Position numbers and translations under genes: made by a program
The notes under the pieces: generated by a model
What the model was told of the DNA's origin: nothing
The model's database searches: none
Seen by the model: only the letters and a program-made list of their open reading frames with translations
Shown here: piece by piece, positions 55,358 to 64,000 of the stretch
How the letters are laid out: every line of letters begins with the position of its first letter
Numbering within the stretch: position 1 is the first letter of the stretch
Origin: an uncultured Alphaproteobacteria bacterium
GTDB lineage: Bacteria; Pseudomonadota; Alphaproteobacteria; Rhizobiales; Beijerinckiaceae
Length of the DNA stretch: 64,000 nucleotides
Assembly: GCA_963815815.1 (NCBI GenBank)
Contig: CAWFIA010000010.1
Location: forward strand, 354,849 to 418,848
Reading direction: 5' to 3'

Positions 55358-56407
55358 ATGCGCCATCGCACCCGCCACGAGCGCGAGCAGCTCGAACTCT
55401 TCCGGGCTCTCCCTGGCGATCTGGCGCCCAGAGACGCGCAGGACCTCATGGCCTACCCGTTCTTCAGCCTCGCCAAGACTCATCGCACGACGCCGATCGA
55501 TTTCCGGATGAACGAGATCGCCATCCGCGTCGAGGCAGTCCCCGAGCACGGCATCGCGACCATCTGGGATGCCGACGTGCTGATCTGGGCGGCGAGCCAG
55601 ATCGTCGAAGCGCGCGACGCCGGGCTGCGGACGTCGCGCCTGATGGTGACCACGCCGCGCGAGATTCTCACCTTCACCCGCCGCGGCACGGGCGCCCGCG
55701 ATTATCACCGCCTGAAGGCCGCGTTGGATCGGCTGCAATCGACCACGATGGCGACCTCGCTGCGCCAGACCACCAAGCGGCGCATGCACCGCTTCTCGTG
55801 GATCAACGAGTGGACCGAGCGCGCCGACGCGCATGGCAATGCCGATGGCATCGATCTCATCATGCCAAACTGGTTCTACCACGCGGTCCTCGACGACGCG
55901 CTGGTGCTCACGATCGACCCTGCTTATTTCGGCCTGACGGGCGGTCTGGAGTGCTGGCTGTATCGTCTGGTCCGTAAGCACGCCGGCCATCAGCGTGGCG
56001 GTTGGCGGTTCGATTTTCGTCATCTCCACGTCAAGTCGGCGAGCCTTTCGCCGTTCAAGCGCTTCGCCTTCGAGCTGCGCGACATCGTGCGCCGGCAGCC
56101 CCTGCCGGGCTACCGGCTCGCCGTCGAGCGGGCGGCTGGCGGACGCGAACTGCTCGCGTTCGCGCCCGCGCAGTTATCCACTGGGGCCTGTGGACAATCT
56201 GTGGAACCGCACCTGCCATCAGGAACCAATGGGCACGTGCCATCAGAAACCGAACCCACGTGCTATCAGGAACCGGAATCCCGATTTTCCTCAAGCAGTC
56301 CAATAGCTTCCGAGCCGCCTAACTTTAAGTCTAACCTACAAGAATCTAACCCTTCTGTTGCTGGTGATCGCCGCGAACGGTGGAAAACCCCGAGGCGGCC
56401 GCGATGA
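55358..56407 (+). CDS. repA: Replication initiator protein RepA (RPA family)
   Basis: [56 protein letters not shown]. Confidence 0.9.
   Translation: MRHRTRHEREQLELFRALPGDLAPRDAQDLMAYPFFSLAKTHRTTPIDFRMNEIAIRVEAVPEHGIATIWDADVLIWAASQIVEARDAGLRTSRLMVTTPREILTFTRRGTGARDYHRLKAALDRLQSTTMATSLRQTTKRRMHRFSWINEWTERADAHGNADGIDLIMPNWFYHAVLDDALVLTIDPAYFGLTGGLECWLYRLVRKHAGHQRGGWRFDFRHLHVKSASLSPFKRFAFELRDIVRRQPLPGYRLAVERAAGGRELLAFAPAQLSTGACGQSVEPHLPSGTNGHVPSETEPTCYQEPESRFSSSSPIASEPPNFKSNLQESNPSVAGDRRERWKTPRRPR
56174..56274 (+). promoter_or_regulatory. Putative oriV inside the repA 3' end: DnaA-box-like sites plus 3 iterons
   Basis: ttatccact (56174) and tgtggacaa (56189); 18-bp repeats cacctgccatcaggaacc (56210), cacgtgccatcagaaacc (56234), cacgtgctatcaggaacc (56257); AT-rich ctaac repeats follow. 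Confidence 0.6.
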
Positions 56408-56760
56408 TCGTGGCGCTCCTCAACCAGAAGGGCGGCGTCGGCAAGACGACGCTTGCGCTGCATCTCGCTGGCGAATGGGCCCGGGAAGGAAAGCGCGTCG
56501 TGCTGATCGACGCCGATCCGCAAGGCTCCGCCCTCGATTGGTCCGAGCAGCGCGCGAAGGAGGGGTTTCGCCGGTTGTTCGGCGTCATCGGGCTTGCCCG
56601 CGACACGCTGCATCGCGAGGCGCCGGAACTCGCCCGCGATGCCGATCACGTCGTCATCGACGGGCCGCCGCGCATCGCCGGGCTGATGCGCTCGGCGTTG
56701 CTCGCCGCGGACCTGGTGCTGATCCCCGCGCAATTGTTTAAATTCCCCATAAGCCATTGA
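56404..56760 (+). pseudogene. parA: ParA-like partition ATPase, truncated at about 56731
   Basis: [24 protein letters not shown]; similarity stops after LIPAQ and an AT-rich unrelated sequence follows. Confidence 0.85.
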
Positions 56761-57045
56761 AAAGACTACGGTATACTCCGCTTTTGACGGTCCATCGCCG
56801 ACCGTGAGGCCGTCAAAATGCTACGCTTCTGATTTTGTTGAAAAAACTCCCGGAAAAATATTTTCGAGGTTTCGGCATCTATCGAGGTCAATCGGCCTTC
56901 AGGCCCAGTTTTTGGCTGCCCAGCGTCGCTGCCGAGGCCGCCCCGAAAATACCGTCAATTGACTATAGCAGGATTCACACTTCGGATCGAGCGGCTCGTG
57001 AAGACGGAGGCCCACGCAATCATGCGGTCTAGCCCCCGGCTGGCG

Positions 57046-58884
57046 TCAGGCGGCTTCGTCCAGACATCCTGGTCCACAAGCCGCGCAGCCGACAGCAAGC
57101 CACGGCCGATCAACGGTCCGTACGCCGCTGTCGCCATCGCCGAAGGCGGAGCGCCACGCCTCTGTCAACCGCCCGCCAAGCGTCGAGATGCGGCGCGGCG
57201 CTGCGACGAACACACGACTGAAGGAACGATCAGGCGGGCCGAGCAGGCAATCGAGCGCGACCTCGGCGATCATGGCCGTCACATAGGCCAGCTCCACCGG
57301 CCCATACGGCTGATAGTGCGCGCCGCAGGCCGGCTCCTCCTGGTGAACGTCTCCCCCGTTGGGCCATTCGACAACCGTCAGGTCCGGCGCGCCGGTGCGG
57401 CCGATATGGCATTGTAGGCACCCGTCTTCTTTACCGATCGCGACCGCGTGGCCGGCGCAGGCTTGCGCTTCCGTCCAACCGTAAAGAATCGGCTGAGCGC
57501 GCCCTTGCCGGACATGCCAGCGGTTTAGCGCGCTTTCAGCGACCCAGTTTCCGGTCGTCGCGATGATCAGATCCGCACCGGCAAGCAGCTCCGCCTCGTG
57601 CGAGATCAGGTGATGCAGGCCGCAAGCGCGGTGTTCAACGGTCAGGTGCGGATAGTCTGTCCGCAGCCGCTCGGCCAAGGCTTCGGCCTTGTTGCGCCCT
57701 ACGTCTGCCGCACCGAGCGGATGGCGTCCGACATTCGCCCAACTCAGCACCTCCGGATCGACCAGCACAATGCGTCCGGCCCCAGCCTGGGCCAAGGCGC
57801 AGGCGACCGGGGCGCCCACAGAGCCGCAGCCGACCACCACAGCGGTCGCGCCGAGCAGCCGTTCCGTTCGGGAGTCCCGTCCGCGCCCATGCACCCAGTC
57901 GGCGTCAGCACGCTGCACGAGGGTTCTGACGACTGGGACTGCTCCGAAGAAGCGTCCGAGAAAGAGCTCCTGCGGAGTGTGGTGAGGCCGGAAACCAACG
58001 GATAACGGCTCGTCAGGGGCACGCGGCCGCGCTTTGCGTCGCTTCGGATTAAGTGCTTTCGCGCCGATCAGTGCGGCACCGCCGCGCCCGATTGCGCCGA
58101 GCAGCGCCAACACATCGTCAGGCTCCCCACTCGCGGACTGTTCCAACGCCGACTTCGCATCCGGCCCCAGCCGTTCGGCTAACCGGTAGAGATCGGCCGC
58201 AGTTTCCGGGTATTCGGCGGGCAACAGCGGCGTGTCGAGCCATAGGAGGGTTGCTGCTTCGGTCTTCACAGGCGTCTTGTCCCCGAAGCGGCGACGCACC
58301 CAGTCGGCGATCGCGTCCTTGTCCTCGCCGACGATTTCAAGGCCTTTCCCGCGCCAGACCTGCACGGCTCGCGATGGCGGACTGGGCGTAATCAGGCTGA
58401 ACAGGTTCTCGCCCCGGGAATGCGCCTTGTAGCCCCAATAGGTAACGAACTCTTCGCGGAAGTCGTGCTCGATGATGCTGCCCTCCAGCAGTTCCTCGAT
58501 CAGTCGGACTGAGCGATTCAAGAGGTCCATGGCGACCTCCGTAGGATCGTCGGGATCCCACTCCGCCATGTTCGGCAACAGGCACAGGATGCCGTCGCCC
58601 TCGACATGGGGCCACGTCATCGGATCGGGGTGATCAACCAGCGCGGTCCTGACCGGCGTCGCCGGGAACTGGGCGCCGACCACGACGTCAATCCGCCGGG
58701 TGACGCCGTCGGAGAAGGCAACGCTGATGCGCCACGCGGCGACGATCCAGTCGCGTCCGGGATAATCTGCGGCAACGGTCGCACGGTCGACACGCTCGGG
58801 CGCCTGGCCCGCCCGCTCGCGCAGGGTCGCTTCGAGGCGAAGCGCCGCCTGTCGCCAGCCGAGCGGTAGCCAGTCTTCATGCAT
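57046..58884 (-). CDS. cap2: CBASS Cap2-like E2-E1 (ThiF) ubiquitin-transferase-like protein
   Basis: E2-like WPHVEGDGILCL; ThiF VVGCGSVG, LSWANVGRH, NKAEAL, EPACG; start overlaps the CD-NTase stop. Confidence 0.88.
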   Translation of the reverse strand: MHEDWLPLGWRQAALRLEATLRERAGQAPERVDRATVAADYPGRDWIVAAWRISVAFSDGVTRRIDVVVGAQFPATPVRTALVDHPDPMTWPHVEGDGILCLLPNMAEWDPDDPTEVAMDLLNRSVRLIEELLEGSIIEHDFREEFVTYWGYKAHSRGENLFSLITPSPPSRAVQVWRGKGLEIVGEDKDAIADWVRRRFGDKTPVKTEAATLLWLDTPLLPAEYPETAADLYRLAERLGPDAKSALEQSASGEPDDVLALLGAIGRGGAALIGAKALNPKRRKARPRAPDEPLSVGFRPHHTPQELFLGRFFGAVPVVRTLVQRADADWVHGRGRDSRTERLLGATAVVVGCGSVGAPVACALAQAGAGRIVLVDPEVLSWANVGRHPLGAADVGRNKAEALAERLRTDYPHLTVEHRACGLHHLISHEAELLAGADLIIATTGNWVAESALNRWHVRQGRAQPILYGWTEAQACAGHAVAIGKEDGCLQCHIGRTGAPDLTVVEWPNGGDVHQEEPACGAHYQPYGPVELAYVTAMIAEVALDCLLGPPDRSFSRVFVAAPRRISTLGGRLTEAWRSAFGDGDSGVRTVDRPWLAVGCAACGPGCLDEAA

Positions 58885-59926
58885 GACGGCCGCCGCCGGC
58901 GCTGCTGACCGCGCTAGCAGCCGCGGCCGTCGCACTCAGCAAGGCGGCAGAGCCGATGATGGCCGGTGCGGCCACGGACGCGCGTTGCTCCTCTTCCAAC
59001 CGCTCGCTAAAGAAGGTGGTGGCGAACACCTTGTCCCAGCTTTTGAGCGCCTTCTCGCGCGTGCAGTCCGCGTCGAAGAGCGGTGCCAGCGTGTCGATCG
59101 CCTCCGTAAGCTTCTCGCGGAAGCAGCGGGCCTTCGCGTCGTCCGTCCCGCTGGTGATGTAATCGCCCGGCGTCACCGGGTGAGCCACCTGCAGGTTCCA
59201 GTTCAGCCGATCGCGGATCGCCACCATCGTATCGTAGAGGGCTCGGTCCTCGCGGTCGCTGACGCGAAAGCGCTCGCTGGTCAGCACGGTGATGCCGAAT
59301 CCGCTGAGTATGCCGCCCCGCCAGCTATAGCGGCTGCGTCCGTACTTCTTCAGATCGCGGTTAATGCGGCGTAGCTGGACGCCATCGGCAGATCTCGCCC
59401 GCTCGTCTTCATACCAGTCGGACACATCGCGGGCGTCGGACCGCTTCCACCCGCTGCTGGCGGCCAACTCGTAGTGAGACTCGTCTCCAAAGACCGTCGA
59501 AGTCGTGACCCGCCGGTAGACCGGCAGATCGACATGGTAACCCTTTTCGTAAAAGACCCGCACGCAATTGGAGCGGACTTCCGGGGCCCGCTTGAACTTC
59601 CCGTCGTCAACAGCGTCCCTGACCATTTGCCGGGCCTGCAGCGACGTCATCTCGGCGCCGCGGTCGCCGACGAGGCCTTCCTTTCGGAAATACACGCCGT
59701 CATCAATGTCGTAGTCGTTGTCAGCGTCGCGGACCATCGTCTTCATGGCGTAGCTGCCCTGCTTGACGAACTCGATCGGTGCCGGTTTCCCGGCGTCGGA
59801 CAAGCCCTTGCGCAGCCGGGTGCGGTTCGAGTTGCGCCGGTCGCGCATCGCATCCTGCTCGCTCTTGGGCAGAGTCACGTCCTGGTCGTGATACGCACGG
59901 ACGTCCTTGGCGCAGTCGAACATCAC
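58877..59926 (-). CDS. CBASS CD-NTase (cGAS/DncV-like cyclic oligonucleotide synthase)
   Basis: QGSYAMKT...DYDIDDGVYF...HVDLPVY catalytic motifs; flexible C-tail ending GGGRHA; between patatin and Cap2. Confidence 0.92.
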   Translation of the reverse strand: MMFDCAKDVRAYHDQDVTLPKSEQDAMRDRRNSNRTRLRKGLSDAGKPAPIEFVKQGSYAMKTMVRDADNDYDIDDGVYFRKEGLVGDRGAEMTSLQARQMVRDAVDDGKFKRAPEVRSNCVRVFYEKGYHVDLPVYRRVTTSTVFGDESHYELAASSGWKRSDARDVSDWYEDERARSADGVQLRRINRDLKKYGRSRYSWRGGILSGFGITVLTSERFRVSDREDRALYDTMVAIRDRLNWNLQVAHPVTPGDYITSGTDDAKARCFREKLTEAIDTLAPLFDADCTREKALKSWDKVFATTFFSERLEEEQRASVAAPAIIGSAALLSATAAAASAVSSAGGGRHA

Positions 59927-61075
59927 CTATCCTTTCAGGTTTTGAGTTGAGGCACGGTCCCAGACCGCGCCGGTCGCCGGCATCGCCGGCAGGTCGAGCA
60001 TGAGGCGCCGGATCATCCGGCCGTCCTCGCTGTTCAGGTCGTCGCACGCGCTCTTGGTCAGGTCGGCGTCGGTGTTGGCTTGGCCGATCAGGCGGTCCAT
60101 CGCCTCTGGCCGCGTATCGTCGAGCGCCAGGTATGGCATCATGCTCGCGGGGACCGGCTTGTTGGGAAACCGCACCCGACGGATCGAGCGTCCGCAGATC
60201 GTGATGGCGTTGGCAAGCAACCGCGCCATGTTATCGAAGGCGAACTCCTGGGCCGAGATGCTGAGCGGCGCGACGTCAGCGCCAAGCCGCCAGTCCAGCA
60301 TCGACCTGTGTGCACTTTCAGCGTCGAGGTGATCGCCCTCGGGCCGCGGGCAGGTTCCCAGCGAAAAGATCTCGATCGGCCTCTCTGGCGCGGCGATCGT
60401 CAACGCATCGACAAGCCCGACCATGATCGGGTTGTTCGCCCACAACCCGCCATCAGCGAACACCTGCTTCGGTCCGCCTGGCGTGTTCGGGTCGTCGATC
60501 GCAGCCAGCGATCGGTAGATCGGCGCGGCGCTACTCGCCATGCACACATCTACGAGCGGGTAGCGATCGTCGCGAACGCCGCTTTTCGGTGTCTTCTTGA
60601 ACACCCAGGCCCGATGCTCGCTCATCAGCACTGTCGGGACGGACAGCGAAATGCCACGCCCCTCGAAGACGTCGAGCATAGTGACGTCGCCGAGAACCGC
60701 CGTCAGGGCCTGCCGCAGCGCATGATCGCCCGCCCGCACGAAGCGGTCGCCTTGGGAAGCGCGATAGATCGCACTGAGCTTGCCCGTGAGCCTGTGCGGA
60801 AAAATTTTCGGCCCGTGCTCGCGATAGAGCGCGACAACTTCCATCATCGGCCGTCCGACTGCGAGCGCGCAGCCCACGATCGCGCCAGTGCTCGTGCCAG
60901 TGATCAGATCAAAGCCACGGCCGAGGTCGAGCGCCGATTCGCCTCGGATCCGCGCGAACTGATCGGTCAGACGAGCGAGGAAGGCCCCCGTATAGATGCC
61001 CCGCATGCCGCCGCCATCCAGGCTTAGGACGCGAAAAGGGGCGCTAAGCTGTTGATCTTCCTCACACGGTTCCAT
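59927..61075 (-). CDS. capV: CBASS patatin-like phospholipase effector
   Basis: LSLDGGGMRG, GTSTG nucleophile, SSAAPIY, ADGGLWANNP; first gene of the operon. Confidence 0.9.
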   Translation of the reverse strand: MEPCEEDQQLSAPFRVLSLDGGGMRGIYTGAFLARLTDQFARIRGESALDLGRGFDLITGTSTGAIVGCALAVGRPMMEVVALYREHGPKIFPHRLTGKLSAIYRASQGDRFVRAGDHALRQALTAVLGDVTMLDVFEGRGISLSVPTVLMSEHRAWVFKKTPKSGVRDDRYPLVDVCMASSAAPIYRSLAAIDDPNTPGGPKQVFADGGLWANNPIMVGLVDALTIAAPERPIEIFSLGTCPRPEGDHLDAESAHRSMLDWRLGADVAPLSISAQEFAFDNMARLLANAITICGRSIRRVRFPNKPVPASMMPYLALDDTRPEAMDRLIGQANTDADLTKSACDDLNSEDGRMIRRLMLDLPAMPATGAVWDRASTQNLKG

Positions 61076-61123
61076 TCAGGCGACCCTCGCTGCTTAACGG
61101 CGAGGTTGCCATGCCCCCATCGT

Positions 61124-61162
61124 CCGTCCATATGATATGGGGACGGCCCCTGATCGCGTCAA
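61124..61162. promoter_or_regulatory. Palindromic operator overlapping the CBASS promoter (candidate CapW site)
   Basis: ccgt-ccatat-g-atatgg-gg-acgg palindrome at 61124-61146; minus-strand TTGACG at 61162-61157 places the -10 region inside it. Confidence 0.65.
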
Positions 61163-61212
61163 GTAAATGGACGCGATCGGTCAGCTAGAATCGTGTTTTT
61201 GGAGGATTTGGA

Positions 61213-62127
61213 GTGGAGGATGGAAGCGAACGGTTGCGCTGGGGAGTCCGACGGCGGCTCGAATTCATCGATTTTCGGCTCTTTTGGGATGGCCGCTTCA
61301 ACCGCAGCGACCTGGCCGCCACGTTCGGCATCTCGGCGCAGCAGGCGTCGGGCGACATCGGACACTACGAGAAGATCGCCGCCGCCAACCTCCGTTATGA
61401 CCGGGCCGAGAAAGCCTACATCCGAACAGATGACTTCGCGCCGGCGTTCATCGGCGAGACGATCGAGCGCTATCTTCTGCAGCTCGTAGCGATCGAAAAC
61501 CGCTGGATGCGGCCTGGCGACACCTGGTTCGACGCCATCCCGCCGATCGAGGTCATCACGCTAGGGCGCAGGCCAACCGACCCCGCAGTGCTGCTGCGCG
61601 TGCTCGACGCAATCCGCAAGCACCAGGAGATCGACATCGATTACGCGTCGCTAACGGGCTCGGTGCAGCCTTCTCGGACGATTGCACCACATGCCCTCGC
61701 CCATAGCGCCGGCCGCTGGTACGTGCGCTCATGGTCGCGCGACCACAATGATTTTCGAGATTACAATCTCAACCGGATCGCCAAGGTCATCGACCACCGG
61801 CCAGCGTCTGTGGACGTCTCGCTCGACTATGAGTGGGCGCAGAAAATCAATCTCGTGATTCGTCCGAATCCGGGGTTGCCGCCGGAACGTCAGGCTGCCG
61901 TCGCCAGCGAGCACGCCATGACGGACGGCCAGCTCATCCGGCCATGCCGTTTAAGCCTCAGTTTCTACCTAATGAGCGAGTATAATCTCGACGTCGAGCC
62001 TGGCGTGCTGAAGCCAGAGAAGCAACAGATCGTTCTGCACAATCGCGATGAAATCACCCAGGCGCGCGCGTCGTCGCGCCAGATGTCGATCGAGGCGCTG
62101 GCGCGGGCCTCGACCGGGGGCGAATAA
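61213..62127 (+). CDS. capW: WYL-domain transcriptional regulator, CapW-like
   Basis: RLEFIDFRLFWDGRFNRSDLAATFGISAQQASGD wHTH; IDYASLT..RTIAPHAL...RWYVR...FRDYNLNRI WYL domain; divergent from CBASS. Confidence 0.85.
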   Translation: MEDGSERLRWGVRRRLEFIDFRLFWDGRFNRSDLAATFGISAQQASGDIGHYEKIAAANLRYDRAEKAYIRTDDFAPAFIGETIERYLLQLVAIENRWMRPGDTWFDAIPPIEVITLGRRPTDPAVLLRVLDAIRKHQEIDIDYASLTGSVQPSRTIAPHALAHSAGRWYVRSWSRDHNDFRDYNLNRIAKVIDHRPASVDVSLDYEWAQKINLVIRPNPGLPPERQAAVASEHAMTDGQLIRPCRLSLSFYLMSEYNLDVEPGVLKPEKQQIVLHNRDEITQARASSRQMSIEALARASTGGE

Positions 62128-62181
62128 GATGAAGCGCATTCTCCTTTCGCACCATCGCATCACCATTTCCGGTAAGCAAAG

Positions 62182-62866
62182 ATGCCGATAGCGGCCACCT
62201 TGCTTTTCGGCAGCCTGGCTCGGGCCGATCAATCTGAAGGCTCAGACACCGACCTGCTGATGATCGGTCTCGATGAAGAGACGCGCCACGTCTCGATCGG
62301 GAACCTCTCCCTCTTTCTCTACCCTTGGCGCCAGCTCGAACAGGACGCGCGCGACGGCGACCTATTCGTCTGCCACCTCGTGCGGGAAGCGAAGCCGCTC
62401 ATCGATCCGGACAACTATCTGCCGAAGACTCCGGCAAGTCTTTCAATTCCGGTCCAGCTATGCGGCCGAGATCTCGCGAGCCAGCGACTTCGGGTGGTTC
62501 CTGGTCAGCTTTGGTGCCGAACTGAACCCGCAGCTCCTGACGAAGCGGGCCCTCTGGTGCGTGCGCACGATCTTGATCGCGAGAAGCGCTGAGGAACGCA
62601 ACCCAGTGTTCGCTCCAAAGAGGCTGGCGGAGCGTGCACAGTCGCTCTCCGCTCAAGATCTCTTACGAAATCGCCGCGGCTCACGTGATGACATCGCCGT
62701 GCGGAATGCACTCCGACAATTTCTCATCGATGCCCGACTAAATGATCGTTCGCTGGAGCATGCCGATAGGGCCGAATTCATCGACAGGTTTAAAGCGACT
62801 ACGAACAAGGTAGCACTTCAGACGCTTCGGCAAGAGGAAAACAGTGAAGCGAGCTACATGGCATAA
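62182..62866 (+). CDS. Pol-beta-type nucleotidyltransferase, Hailong HalB-like (one indel near 62428)
   Basis: Joined frames give 227 aa: LLFGSLARADQSEGSDTDLL, GDLFVCHLVREAKPLIDP, helical C-domain with WCVRTILIARSAE, and Tyr225 near the C-terminus. Confidence 0.7.
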
Positions 62867-63204
62867 ACGACAATGATTTACTCAATGCATCTGACAACCT
62901 GGCTGACGACCGTTGAGTCCTCGGGACGCGGAATCACTCACTGTCCACGGAGGTGCTGGTCGCTAACGGTTGCGCCGCGGGCAAGATTGATGCGCTGGCC
63001 GAGTGGAGCCGTTTGGCGCGGCCAAGTGGGGGAAGACGATGTTCCTGCACGATCACGAGACGGCGACGGATCTCCTCTACTACGAGGCCCAGGCGCCAGT
63101 TCGCATACACCTCGCAATTCCCGCTCGTGCAGAAGCTGCCGAAGCCTCTGTTTCGCCGTCGCTCATCCAGCACCCCAGCAAGAATTGGCAAAAGGCGATC
63201 AGCG

Positions 63205-64000
63205 ATGAGCATCTCAAACCGGCGAACGATCGTCGTCCACGGCCGATTGGCGATGCGCGAGGTAAGGCTCGATGCCGCGCGCAAGCGGCGTCACGGCATA
63301 CAGATTCTGTCTTTCGAGCAACTAGCGGTCCGCATGGCGGGCGGGTTCGCGTCGGCGATCGACGATGATAGCCTTCGCTCAGCGATTCAGGCAGTTTTGC
63401 CCGCAACACCGCTTGGCGAATTGGAGAGCATCAAGCTGCTTCCGGGCATGGTTGATGCCGCTGCAGACACACTCCACAAGGCTTGGCGGGCCGGCATCGA
63501 TCTCGCCGCGAGGGCTGACGACCATCCCCGCCTCGACTTTATCGCGCGTCTCGAATCAGCGGTTCTGGCACAACTGCCGCCCGCCATGATGCGACCGGCC
63601 GATATCGTAGCGGCAGCCTGCCGGCGGCTTGATCATGCCCCCAAGATTTCTCGGGCCGGTCGAGATCGTCGGCATCACGGAGCTTTCGCCCTGTTGGCGA
63701 CCGTTGCTGCAAGCGTTGACCGATCATACGCCCGTGCAATGGACCGCTGGACCACGCTCCGCGCCCGCTTGGCTCGAGCGGACCGACGTCGTTGTCTTAC
63801 GATCAAAGCCAGAGACTCCGGAAATCAACGCCGTCAGCGCCGCCACGGCCTATCATGAAGCCATCGAGGCGATCCGATGGGCCCGCGCTCTTCTGGCATC
63901 CGGTGAAGCCCAGCCCGCTGACATAGCGATCGCCGCGTCATCGCCCGGAGAGTACGACGATCATTTTCTGTCGCTTCGCGCCGACGCCAACATCGATTTG
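63205..64000 (+). CDS. N-terminus of a PD-(D/E)XK nuclease-family (AddB-like) protein; runs off window end
   Basis: RRTIVVHGRLAMR...QILSFEQLAVRMAGGF...LPGMVDAAADTLHKAWRAGIDL resembles rhizobial island AddB-like proteins; the nuclease domain is not visible in the window. Confidence 0.6.

Noticed and set aside
56210-56274. Three spaced repeats as a mini-CRISPR
   Set aside because: Spacers are only 5-6 bp and lie inside repA; they fit iterons
62129-62191. 20-aa ORF MKRILLSHHRITISGKQRCR as a separate peptide
   Set aside because: It could equally be a frameshifted N-terminal extension of the NTase; cannot be resolved without reads or homologues
62182-62866. MNT antitoxin of a HEPN/MNT toxin-antitoxin pair, or a complete Hailong system
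   Set aside because: Too long for a minimal MNT and no HEPN (RxxxxH) gene is adjacent; no multi-TM HalA-like gene is adjacent either

Overview
GC-rich alphaproteobacterial chromosome segment, most consistent with Hyphomicrobiales (Beijerinckiaceae/Methylocystaceae-like gene set; this placement is an inference). About 1-48.9 kb is mostly housekeeping: ccmF/E/I with a two-component system, sseA, glnB-glnA, parE, pleD-divK, hemB, dnaB, radA, cvpA-purF, a glucan/glucoside cluster, ybaL, ECF sigma/anti-sigma, xseA, hsp20, murI, trmJ and pdxK. It also holds one AT-rich cassette (nucleoside 2-deoxyribosyltransferase-like gene plus membrane protein) disrupted by an IS. From about 49 kb the window is a decayed mobile/defence island. 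It contains an IS1111-type IS110 element whose non-coding end carries segments matching its reconstructed target and donor (bridge/seekRNA), an IS256 inserted in a SIR2-domain gene remnant, Tn4371-like ICE core genes (HTH/xis, repA, truncated parA), and a type II CBASS operon (CapV patatin, CD-NTase, Cap2; cap3 apparently deleted). CBASS is divergent from a CapW-like WYL repressor, which is followed directly by a Hailong HalB-like nucleotidyltransferase with no HalA nearby. That CapW + HalB-like + CBASS arrangement is the best candidate for an undescribed system. Many essential genes carry single-base frameshifts, most likely sequencing indels, so frameshifts alone were not treated as evidence of pseudogenes.
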